NCBI GenBank assembly: GCA_011109175.1
Contig: RDEW01000004.1
Coordinates: forward strand, 396,030-460,029
Reading direction: 5' to 3'
Length of the DNA: 64,000 nt
DNA from: Dicyema japonicum
Lineage: Eukaryota > Animalia > Dicyemida
Position 1 is the first letter of the stretch; every line of letters starts with the position of its first letter. Under the pieces are notes generated by a model. That model ran no database searches. It was not told where the DNA came from and saw only the letters and a list, made by a program, of their open reading frames with translations. The translations under genes were made by a program, and so were the position numbers. This document shows, in pieces, positions 9,453 to 21,204 of this stretch.

Positions 9453-12270
9453 ATGGCCAGGAATTATGAAATGGAGAATCTAATAAACACAATTAATAAG
9501 ATTCATGACGTGTTTGCCCTTTCTTCCATGGCCAGCAATATTGACTTGCCTCAAATTGTCGTTGTTGGCTGCCAAAGTGCAGGGAAAAGCAGTGTTCTTG
9601 AAAATATTGTTGGCAGGTTTTCATTCAAGATCGATTTTAGGGAGTTTCTACCACGTGGGAGTGGAATAGTCACTCGAAGGCCGCTGATTCTGCAGTTGTT
9701 TACTTCGAATGAGGGTTGTGTTAATTTATAAGCCAGAATACGGTGTGTTCTTGCACTCCAATAAAAGATTCTACGACTTTGCTGACATTAGAAACGAAAT
9801 TGAGGCAGAAACTAACAGAACTTGTGCGGACAAAGTGGTGTCTGATGTGAGCATAAACCTTAAAATTTATTCCCCAGAAGGTTTTTGTGCTATTTCTATT
9901 TTTAGTGATTAATTTGACTTTGGTGGATCTTCCTGGACTTACGAAAGTAGCTGTGGGAGGTCAAAGCGAAGATATTGTGAGACTTATAAGAGAAATGGTC
10001 CTCAAATTTATTGAAAAAGAAAATTCATTAATTCTCGCAGTTAATCCTGCAAATACTGACTTGGCGAATTCTGATGCTCTACAAATAGCCAAAGAGGTCG
10101 ATCCCTCAGGATTGCGAACCATTGGGGTCATTACAAAACTTGATTTGATGGATCGGGACACCAATGCGCGAGATATTCTTGAGAATAGAGTATTTAAGCT
10201 ACAAAGAGGTCGTTTTAGCATACATTTCAGGATATGTGGGAGTAATAAATCGGAGTCAACGTGATATTGACCAGAAGACTCCCATTGAACAGATCATGGC
10301 CAAGGAAAAACAGTTCTTTCAGAATCATCCAGCATATAGGTCACTGTATTGAGTCACTCCCAGGCATATAGCTGACCGAATGGGGACCAAATACTTGCAA
10401 AAGTCCTTGAACAGTCAACTCATGGAACATATTATGAATGTCCTTCCATCCTTGAACGCGAAAATCTCTGAGCAACTTTCTATCCTCGGTCCTCAGGCAA
10501 AAGAGATCGAATCCAAGGATAAAGAAATGTCCCATAAATCAATGATGAAGTTTTAGCAAAATTTAACAAATTAGAATTGTCACTGAATTCGCCAACCAGG
10601 TTTACGGCTCAATAATGTCCACGGACTCTGTTTCCAAAATGAATACGAAAATATTGTCCGCGGGGGTCATAATAAATCGCTGTTTCTTTAAGAACTTCCC
10701 TAACAACATGATGAAGGTTAAAAATGCTTAAATTCAAGATTATGAACGAGGATTTGGATGATCTACAAAAGAGAATTAGAATTTCCATCCAAAACGTCCA
10801 CGGAGTAAAGTTTGGTCTCATTCTCATTCCCAGAACCGGCCTGAGCACGCCAGACATGGCCTTTGAAATCATCATCAAATCTGAGATCGAAAAGAGTTTT
10901 GGTCCCATTAAGTACTGCCTTGACGAAGTCTTTAACTTTGCCTCCAAGAATATTGAGGAAAACATAAGAAATGTGAGATTCATGAATTTTCAAACCACAA
11001 CTATTTCTGTCATTAATAGATTAATGAATATCCAAATTTGATGTATGCTGTTAACTCCCTCATCAAGGAAAATCTCAGTTTCTTTTACAACGAGACCATG
11101 AATCAGTTGGAACTCACAGTGTCCTTCCATAAAGACTACATAAACACCAAACATCCTGATTTCCTGACAAATTTGACGTATTTCCTTCATTTATCATAGG
11201 ACAGAGAAATCCCGTAGAAAGGGGGACAACGAATCTCTGATTTGTAACTCTATTATAATAACTAAAGTCAAGAAAGGCCACGTGACAATATCGAACTACT
11301 CCCCACTGAAATATAAAGGAGGGAATACATTTTTTGTCATCGTATCGACTGAAAACATTATTATATACAAAGACGAAGATGTAAGTATATTAACCACGTG
11401 CTTACTAGGAAAAGGACAAAAAAGGTTCCTTATCGCCTTACAAATTAAAATATAAAGTTCAGTCTAATATTCGGGACAATTTGACGATTTCTCTCGTCGG
11501 AAACGATCCTAGGTTGTCTCGAACATTCATTTTAGAGACAACCTGTTAAAGGACTTAAAACAACTTGATCTTCAGTATCAAAGCTACGACGAGTGCATTG
11601 AATGGCTAAATTCCTTCGAGGCTGTCGGGTTATCCGCATACGATTCCCAGAACCAGGTTAGATTCCGGTAACATTTGAGATTATGTTGGACTTGGAAAAT
11701 AGCGCAAGGACCGTCCGAGACTACGTTGACTCCTACAAGAGCGTGTACCTAAAGATTGCCTTTGATATAGTTCCAAAAATCATTTACTGTTGTTTCCTGT
11801 CAAAAGTAAGATTTTGACTGATCCCCAGATTGTGGAATATGCAAAGAATGATTTAATCGCAGATCTCTATTCTCAGGGAAAAATCGTATAATTGTGCTGA
11901 TATTTAAGAACGAGCTTTTAGAGCAGTCTGCTGAGGCAAAGGTCCGTAAGCAAGAAATTCTGACGCTCTACAAAACCACCAAAGAAGCCAGTGACTTTCT
12001 CCGTCTGATCCAAAGTGAGAATCCAGTTACTATGCGGAGGAATCCCATAGAAAGTCAACGGTATAAATTATTGGTACTTGATTTTGTAGAGAGAGTAAAA
12101 ATAGGTCTTTTAAAAGTCCGAATTCTACGCTAAAACATAGTTTCAGAAAACAAGAGAACCCAGAATCGTCTCAAAACTCGAACATGTTTTGTTAATTATT
12201 ACTTTTAGGAATCCACCTTCGATCCCTTCGTTAGAATATTTATTAATATTTTAGGAGACCTCGCAAATGA
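9453..12270 (+). CDS. DNM: Classical dynamin (GTPase, middle, PH, GED, vestigial PRD)
   Basis: [71 protein letters not shown]-like region, [11 protein letters not shown] and C-terminal PPSIPSRPRK*. Roughly 20 introns of 21-47 nt. Confidence 0.95.
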
Positions 12271-12399
12271 AACTAACAGTTAAAATTTAACTTTCATTTA
12301 TTGGCAATAAATACTTTATATTTTGATTTATTTTATAATTTTTATAAATGATTTAATTTTTAAAAATCACATAACTAGAACATACCTTAATTCACACTA

Positions 12400-13500
12400 C
12401 TATCGCAGACAGTCATGAATGACCCGGCAAAACATAAGAGAACCCCTTCAGGAAGTCAAACCAACTATCTTGTCGAGACATCACTGCTTGCATTCCGATT
12501 TGACGGCAATATCGACCTGGTCAGTTACTTACGACTAAAGAAGTGACCACAGTGCCATTATTTTGAATTTCAAGAGAAAACCTTAACTGGGAGGAGGTTT
12601 AAAGAGCTATTCAACTACAAACATGCAAACTGGAAACTTTACCGTGCACTTACTGAGAGCCTACTGCAGTACCTGTACCTGGATGGAATTACTATCACGT
12701 ACATAGTCATTTATGTCTACCGCACTATCTTGGATGCTAGATGACTTTCTGTGCTTAAACGCCATCAGAGGATATGGCAGGTCGGCCTTAGTCAAAGAAA
12801 GAAAGCAACTCAAAAATTGGAGAAGCCCAGTCTTTAATTAGACTTGGTTTTGAAATTGGTTTCTCAAAAGCTACTGCGGAATGGTTTAGAAAGCCAGAAA
12901 TCCAATGCTAGTTGTTCGGTCATATTGCAAATTTTTGCAAAAATGTTAAAAGATGCGTGATTTGTTCAGGAAACCACAGAAGGTTAGGGTGTCAATCTGA
13001 CTTAACGATAAAAACTGTATAAATTGTGGATCAACTAATCACATGGCTATCTACGGAGGTTGCTCATGTGCAAAAGCAGCTAATAAATTCAAAATGGATA
13101 AATTCTGACCACGACAGGATGGAATCTTATAACTCCTAGGAATACAACATTTGATATTGGAGTGCAAACCGATAGACCCACAGTATCCTCTGCTGAAAGT
13201 CTGTTAGTACATCAACGAATCCAGAAGTTCCTAATGACGGGGAAGAGCCAACAGTAGAAAGAAATGTCAGGAAGAGGAAGGTTTTCATAATATTGTTGAC
13301 CAATTATCTCAAAATGTTAGAAATATGACAAGAACGAATAAGGATGACAAGTTTTTACTTGGCCTGGTGGCGCTCTTAAGAAGAAAAAACAGCCACCAAA
13401 TAAATCAGAAATAACCAGGATTACCCTGGTTAATGTCCGCTCTCTTAGGAAGCGAGCTGAGGAGCTAGTAGTCCTTACCAGCGCTGTTCAGATGGATGCA
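12400..13500 (+). mobile_element. APE-type LINE fragments (APE pieces and gag-like ORF1 with CCHC knuckles)
   Basis: SDH-type APE end and YKHANWK; C..FGHIANFC...CVICSGNH...CINCGSTNH knuckles; ITLVNVRSL APE start. Confidence 0.6.
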
Positions 13501-13659
13501 AGATGTTTTGAAAAAATATCGCACCATTTGAAAAAATAATTATTGTTTGGTGCAGGGGCTCAATAATTCGAAGAGGATATACCAGACCCCACCATGGCTT
13601 CTACCTGTTTAATTAGTTTTTTAATTAGCAACGAATTTGTTTACCTTATATATTTTTAA

Positions 13660-15145
13660 AACTAAAGAAAATAGAGTAAACGGTTATATAGCAGCTGCCT
13701 TGACTTTGTAGCTATTCCTTTTCAGGATAGCGAGCGAGATTCGCTCAAATAACCAGCAGCGCTCACGAGGGTCTCTTGTTCGTGTAGTGATCCGATTCCC
13801 TAGACGACTCAAGAATTCCAGCGTCGCAGGCGCAAGGGAACCAGACGTCTCAACGGCGAGTGGAACAAACAAAAAATCCTTGGGTAAGGCCGCTTACTTT
13901 TCCCGTTTCATCTTCTCGGCCTTCTCAGCGGCAAACAGGCTCCAGGTGCACTCTGGTGTATGTTGCAAGAGGCAAACGTGACGGTGCAGGTGAAGTCCCA
14001 GACAAAAGGTTTACCGGCTTCAAAAGGAAGACTGTCATCCATCTGTCGATTTCCGTTCCGCCTGCAAAGACCGACTGGTTCGAGCATGAGGGGTGTCCGA
14101 CGGCGTACAAAGCTCGCCTACCGACTTCGTTCAAGGCCATGTGTCTGGGAAATCTGCCTGCACTCTTCCTGCAGAGAGAGGGTGCAGGCCAAAACAGTCG
14201 ATCTGGTCTCCGCATCGGCACAGATGTAACACATACGTTTAATCCCAGTCGCAATGAGATCCCAATACGGACGCATTCATCATCCAGGAAAGTACCCAGA
14301 ACTCCATTGGGAATGGCGTTGAGCCAGGCACCGCTCTCGAAGACCCCCAGCAACAAACAGGCATGGCAATGTTGACTAGATGACACTAGCAAATCTTTGA
14401 AAGAATTCCAGCATATAGCATCGTCCAAGCCCCGCTGAAAAAACGAGTAAGGCAGGGAAAGCTGATAAGTGCGGCTCCAGGCCTCACGAGCATGTCCGGC
14501 GTCCTTGTCAATGGAGAATTCAAGTAGAGAGTGTAGAATCCTTTGACATGGGAGTTACTGGCCACTAGCGATGATAGGTATGAAGGGAGAGAAAGGTCCA
14601 AAAAGTTCCTGATTTCAATTCCTCCGAGTCTCACTGGCAGAGTTGTATGCTTCCATGAGTAATCCTCGAACCGGACGTTGAAGATACGTTCCACTATCGT
14701 ACGGAAGATCTCGTTGATCTGTGCAAGTTAGTCATACAGGGTGAAATAGAGAGCAGTCCTAAGGACATATGCAAGCCTCTGTACGTTGAACTGTTTTTCA
14801 GGAGGAATAATGTCAAGTAGACACAAGCGGTTCAGAGTCTCTCCGAGTAACAATCGTTTTTCACGTATAGCTCTTCCCATTGCATTTATGGTAATTGGAG
14901 ATCCGAGGAATATAAGTTCTTCATCGGGTGTGGAAATACTTCCAGGCAGTAAATTTCCGAAACATGACAAAGTTTTGAATACTTCTCTTCTGAAAGTCCA
15001 CAATTGTAGATTTCGCATTTAGTGTAATTTAATTCCAGTCCTGCTTCCAACAGTGCTGGAGTTATCACTTCCGGAAAATAGTATCCGGGGTCCTCCGAAG
15101 ACCGTATCATCCAGATACCATAGGCTGAGGGCGAGCGCGGAAGTT
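13660..15145 (-). mobile_element. CRE-clade-like non-LTR retrotransposon (RT C-terminus, zinc knuckle, RLE), frameshifted
   Basis: WYLDD, LELNYTKCEI, FLGSPI, LPVRLGG, GAWLNAIP...LRLG, SCRKSAGRFPRH and FVPLAVETSG...WLFERISLAIL. Confidence 0.9.
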
Positions 15146-15444
15146 TGGTGATTTTCTCTATTGCAAAAGAAACGATGGACAATAAATATATACAATTATT
15201 ATACAAATCCATGCCTAAAAGAATTGACGAAGTTATTTGCAATAAAGGAGGAACTTCTAAATATTGATTTTACAATTTTTAAACAAAATCTCGGTTTATC
15301 ATGAATTTTAAGTAAAGTGGCGGTAACATATGCACGGGTTAATTTTCGTTAAAAAATAAAAAGTGGAAAAATCTCATTTTTAATGTATAAAATGCTCGTT
15401 CGTAATCCACGCAGCAGGCTTCCTCAACTGACATTTGTTTAATT

Positions 15445-15981
15445 TTTTTTTTTTTTTAACAAAAATAAAAATTTATTAACAATAAAATATTATTTATTAA
15501 CTATGGGGAGAGCGGCTGCTGACATCACGGAGTAAGCGTTTCCGCGAATAACAGCGATACCAATTCTTTGCCTCAGCCAGACCGCTTCCCGCACGTCTTT
15601 CTTGCGGTGGGCCAATTTTCCCCCGATTTCCTTTAGGAAAGAGGCTGTAATACTTCCAGCCGCACCAGACGTCTCGATTGCTATCGGTACAAAACGGTAG
15701 CGGTCTCCAATTTCGCCATATTTTTTAATCTTGATTTTTTCGGCCATATCGGCTGCCGATCCAGCAGACTGCGCCGAGCTGAGCATCATCGAGTTCGAGA
15801 AAGAATCCACAACAGTGCAGTCCCATACGAGCGATTTTCCCTCAGTGAACGGAAAGACAGTTAACCCATCCGGTCTTTTCCCATCTCCGCGGTCCAATCC
15901 CACAGGTTCCAATACTGCCGGGAAGCCTGCCGCTTCAAGAGCTCGCAAGACAATGTTGTTCATAGCAGCATTTTTTCAATT
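15445..15981 (-). mobile_element. Young 5'-truncated CRE-like insertion with poly(A) and 12-bp TSD
   Basis: Uninterrupted 157-aa RLE ORF (RPDGLT..WDCT..EKIKIKKY..FVPIAIETSG). A T-run at about 15444-15457 is the poly(A). ATTTGTTTAATT occurs at 15433-15444 and 15982-15993. Confidence 0.9.
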
Positions 15982-16327
15982 ATTTGTTTAATTGTTAAAA
16001 AATTTTTTTTTTAAAAAAATGTATAAAATAGAAAAATAAAAATAGATTAATTGAGCTAAAATTTAAAGAGCATATTTGCTTTTTAAAATAATAAAAATTA
16101 TCAAATAAAAGTAACATTTTTGCATATCTTATGAATTACTTGACCCTGGCGGTAACATTTGCACGTGGCTGAAAGGGGTCCAAGGAAATCTCTTTGTTGC
16201 ACTCCAGAATAAGAATGGATTAGGTAGTCCCCGAAAAGTAAGGATGAAGGTAGACTTTATGACTGATTCACAAATTCGAAAATATTAGGGTATCTCTCAA
16301 CACGCGCCTTAAAGATATTGTCCCTCC

Positions 16328-16790
16328 TTAGATTATTGAGGGCGTTCTTGATGTCCTGTTTGACCAGGTCATGTCCCAGTTTATGAGTGTCCTCACTGAA
16401 AGAACAGCGGCCTCGCATCCCAAGTGAATACCGACGCTTACTTGAGGGAGGTTCAAGAATTTTGTGATGAGTGGAATAGAATGTTTGGAGGAAATTTTAG
16501 CAGCCAGTCTTCTGAAAACAAACCCGACCGCAACTGGTCGTACTCCGTTTCCCTTCTTATCAGAGACTATCAAATTGGCGGGGAAAAGGACATGGCGGAT
16601 AACTTCGGGAAGAACTCCAGACATGATCCGATTCATAAGTAAAGTAATTGAATTCGTAAGACAAAGTTCCAGGTCTCCTACGGACAAAGAGGTTATTATC
16701 CTTCAGGTATCCAGGTCTCTTTCCGTCGAACCCGCCACTGCTACTAGAGACAAAATTCCGTATTGCGAGGCGAACTTTATCGTTTGATGC
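16328..16790 (-). mobile_element. CRE-like RT N-terminal fragment
   Basis: ANLIVSDKKGNGVRPVAVGFVFRRLAAK...QVSVGIHLGCEAAV. Confidence 0.8.
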
Positions 16791-16943
16791 AATCAGGGAC
16801 TCACTCCAGATGGGGGAGCGACTTGACCAATATTGGTGATAATTTCATTTAAATGTTAAAATATTAAGAATTGACAAAATGTTCAATTTAATTATATATT
16901 TTATTCTTTCCTAAAATAGGTACCTCATTTTCATTTCGAAAAC

Positions 16944-17240
16944 CGCGTGGCGCCATGTGGTGCTGCGTGGTTAATTGGTTGAAGTTTTCTGCTAGCTTGT
17001 CTCTCTTCCTATTAGAGTGGCGTCATGTGATCCACCTGTCTAGGTGACGCCCAGTGTTAGGCCGGCACGAAAAAGGATCATTTGCTCTCCCCCACTCCAC
17101 TGGAGGAGTTCCCACAACTGCATGTAATGGACGTGTTGATTCCGGATGGACTCTGATTCTGTAGAAGTGGAAACTGGATACACTTTATTAGTTGTTTACT
17201 TTAACTTCTTTCTTGGTGTATCCGGGGTTAATAAATAAAA
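16944..17240 (+). mobile_element. SINE-like family S, best-preserved full-length copy
   Basis: Head CGCGTGGCGCCATGTGG, pseudoknot core at 17019-17081, body, and LINE tail A ending CCGGGGTTAATAAATAAAA. Confidence 0.85.
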
Positions 17241-17951
17241 TTTTCAGAATATAATGAATGATTATATCAACCTCTGAGATTGCAATACACAAACGCTTAT
17301 CATCACGCCGATTATGGATCATATGACGGAACGCTAGTAGGTTTCATTAAAATGGCAACTTCTTCCAAGCATCTTTATTTCGGAAGTCAGATTTCATTAA
17401 TGGCGCTAGTGAGATTTCATTAAATGGTAACTTTTCAGAGCATTTCTTATTCATAGAAAATCGTGCCCAAGAAATGTGAAGAAACCTTCCCTTACAGAGA
17501 TTAATCAAATATTCCAAGACTAACCGTTAGAAGAAACTAAGCAGAGACGTCATGACCACTTAATGAGATGATAAAAATAATCTTCTTTTGTGGTTCCCAT
17601 GGTTAATAAATAACCTCATCTCCATTAGTTACACTGTCGTTGCTATGAGATTTCGATTATTTTTATTTTTTACTAAAGAGTTCAGTCGAAATATCGTCAT
17701 ACTTCACACTCCACCTCCTTATTTTGTGTAAATTCATATGATTCTAAGAGAAAGTTCACTGGTCACTTTATCGTCGAATGTGACCTAAAGAAATCGATAA
17801 TCGTTTGTCCTAATATTGATTATGAATTTACAAGATTAAGGACAGGCCATAGTGTTAATTCATCAAATGTTTTGACACCCCAAACCCATTCCGACCATCC
17901 ATATTGATTATTTCAGTAAATAAAATAATTACTCGCTAATTTTACGAAACA

Positions 17952-20748
17952 ATGACAGAGTAGGACATTTTGTAACGCTAAGGGGTTTACTGGCCTTCAT
18001 AAATTGTTCTGCACTTACGTCTGATGTCGAACGTCTCCTGATTTCTGATTATTTGTATCATTTTCTGGAACTCCCAGTAAGTCAATGTCATAAAATCTAG
18101 GCGCACGTGCCTCACATCACGTGGAAACGATGTCAACAGTGGTTAATGCTCGAGCAAACCACACAAAATAGTCAACCAAAATTATTGCCACAAAAAGTAC
18201 TCCAAAACTATGTGAAACAAAAATACATCCCCCAATTCTACAAGTAAATTACTTCCAAAGTTCAGTTCAGAGATTTTCTGTGAATTCCGACTGGCCCTTC
18301 TCCTCCACAGGCGAATTTCCAAAAAGCTCAACAAAAGTGCCATAGTGAGGATGGCCACGTGCAACGATACCTTTTTAATAAGTTTTAAGACTAATCACGA
18401 TAGAAAAAAACATAGCCGAGTCCACTCTACTGAGAAGAAGAAAGAGGTGAAGCACGTGTATAATTTTAGTACATTATGCAAAACTAGTAGAGATTCCTTT
18501 CAGTCTGCTTTAAACGTTGGTTTCCGTTGGTGTTTCAGTTCACGAAAATGCAGCAGTTTAAGGAAATGCTTCTCAGACAAAATCTAATCGACGTATTCAA
18601 CATGTGGATTGAGTATGAGATGCTCAAGGTCTGTGACAGGTTTGTGGTGGTTGGACGCGCAGAAAATGCATTACCGACAAATTAGACTTCACGGAAAAAG
18701 CCAAAGAACGGCAAAGTCGACTATTAAATAAACTGGAACGGAAACTTCGTTGTTTTCTCACACTTTACAGGTTTGTCTTTAAAATAGTCCACGAGGCCTA
18801 AATCTCCGTTGATTCAGAATATCGTGAAACTAACAAAAACTAAAATCATCAACAGCTTTGAAATTATTAAAATAGAAAAATTAAAGTTTCTTCCAAAAAA
18901 GCTCCTTCAACGGAAATTTCAAGAACTGATGTAATATTACTGGACTACTACGTTGGGCAACCCTTCATGAGATATCTGGCAAAGTAATGTGTCTCATCAC
19001 CCAGGAATTCAAATGATGACTTTTATCGACTATTTGTGGAGATTTGGGCATATTTCAGTCAATCACAAAAACCGGTCTCTTACTACATCTCCAAAAGTCA
19101 ATATTTGGAGTTTGTTGAACGAGCCAAAAATAACTTTAACATCCAAGATGAAGTTCAGACGAGTGAGGACGAAAGACTGGAGATCGACAATGTCAAATTT
19201 GTCAACGTTAAAAAACTAGAAAAGTACTACAAGTTGATCTACGATAAAATTGAAGACGAATGGAATAAATACTCACAAGAAAAGTGGTTTATTTTGCGTT
19301 AACTTGTCAAGCGAGAGCATTTGGAATGATCCCATGATCAAGAGTTTGGTCCAAAAGAACAAATCCCTTCAAATTGGAGACGCGAAAATCCAATTAGTCA
19401 AGGAACGGTATTCCACAGGGAAGAGGTGTTCTAGCGACGGAAAACTGTAAGAAATGTAATATTTGTACCACAGAATTGTTAATGATTACAAGCAATATCT
19501 CATAAATTCAGGATTGAGGACCACCCTGGGCCTTTTGGAGTTGTATGAGAATATAGTCAACTATGAAGACTTGATGAACACTGGAAGAAAGGAAAATAAA
19601 TTCGAAAATACGATAAAGATGTATTTTCGAATTTATTTTCAGAATGATCTTTGACCAAAAGTCCCCTTCTCATGTTGAACTTCCCGACCACGTAAGGAAC
19701 CTGTTTCATTCAAACCCGAATAAACTATTGGAACCCAAAACTCTCAGACAAATTAAAATATTTTCTTTGGAAAAGAACAAACAGCAGTACAGGTTTTACA
19801 GAAAAGTATCTTTAATGTTCATCCCAGAATTTTTCAAGAATCTCCGATTTTCACATCCAGTCCATCCCGACCGTTGAGTTTCCCCTTCAGATAGAAAATC
19901 AAGTCTCAACTAAAAAAGAGAGTGTCAAGAAATCAATTGTGGCCGAAAGTGACCCTGACATCTTACTTCCGGTGGAAGAACTTAATATTTTTGTAGATGG
20001 CAGTTTTTAACAAAAAAATTCACAAAAAGTTGTTCAGGAAAATAAACGAGGATGAAAAACTGTTCGAATTTCTAAACTCAAATATCATCATCAAATCGGA
20101 GGAATTCGAATTATTCGAGGATTTTGTTAAAAAGTACTCCCACGTAAAGCGAATTCAATATTCCAACTACCTCCACCTCTATGTAGAATTATTCAAACTT
20201 AACGTATACACGTGGGATGTCATTTCAGAGCATGGAATCCGCCAAGACAGACTTCTCTATCGTCCTGGACAAGGCCAAGAGCATCTATGAGTGTTGTGTA
20301 AATACTGGTATTCTCGAGCAAACCCAGGCAACCATAATCCTCCAATTTAGGTGGCTGATGTGAACAAGATCTACAAAAACATATTACTTGGTTTCGAAAA
20401 GGCCTCAAGTACAAGCAACATCAGCACTATTTTCGATGACGTGTTGTACATTGCTCATGGTAACCTCATAACACTCTGGAATAAGTACAAAACCAAAAAG
20501 AAGACAAGTACTATTAGGTGTGATCTAGTCAACAAACTTTACAAGCCCATTCGATCCAAATTGAGTAAAATTAGCGACTATGAAGAGCACGAGGTCCACA
20601 ATCTACCCAAAATCTCTACTAAAAATGAAAAAATAATAATTCGACTAACTCTTGAGAATGGATTATGCTTGCAGGTAGATATTCACTAATCCAGAAATTT
20701 ACCGAACGGGGGAATGAAAAATTTGTCAAAATAGACACCCAACTATAA
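17952..20748 (+). CDS. RGS22-like multi-RGS-domain protein (multi-exon)
   Basis: Spliced ISDYLYHFLELP and YVKQKYIPQFY..EIFCEFRLALL resemble the RGS22 N-terminus as I recall it. There are further RGS-like blocks (LFEDFVKKY...NYLHLYVELFK) and many 20-30 nt introns. Confidence 0.7.
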
Positions 20749-21019
20749 TTAACTATATTAACTTTATTAGTAAATTACATATAGTTTTACTCCAACGATA
20801 TTTCATACCACGTGGTCTGGGAGATGAATAAGTTTAGGTTGAGATAATTATGAGTTCACATTTAGGAGCCAACTGAGCATAACACAGTAGTCTTATTTTG
20901 ATTGAATATAAACAAACAAGCGAGTAATAGGAATTTAACCACAAATTTGATTTTTATGACGGCTTCTCACTAAACCAGACTGAATATATTGCACTAATAT
21001 TCACTTATAGCAGGTGTAA

Positions 21020-21085
21020 CCGCACTGACTGCGTGGCTATTCCATCTCAGGATGGGGAGATTCGCTCAAATAGCCAATGGCGAAG
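21020..21085 (-). mobile_element. CRE-like 3' fragment
   Basis: GCGTGGCTATTCC...GAGATTCGCTCAAATA, as in the other copies. Confidence 0.6.
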
Positions 21086-21204
21086 GTAAAATAATAAACT
21101 ATTGAAGCGATAAATTTTAAAATTCCTAAAATTCTGACATGTAATAAAGAGTACGCCTTATAATAGTGTTAAAATTTATTATTTTTGTGAAATATTGAGT
21201 TTTA

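Noticed and set aside
13635-13643. Common CRE target site ATTTGTTTA
   Set aside because: It matches the TSD of the 15445 insertion but is absent near most other copies and is a low-complexity word.
16944-17015. tRNA origin of the family S head
   Set aside because: Only an A-box-like word; no B-box or cloverleaf.
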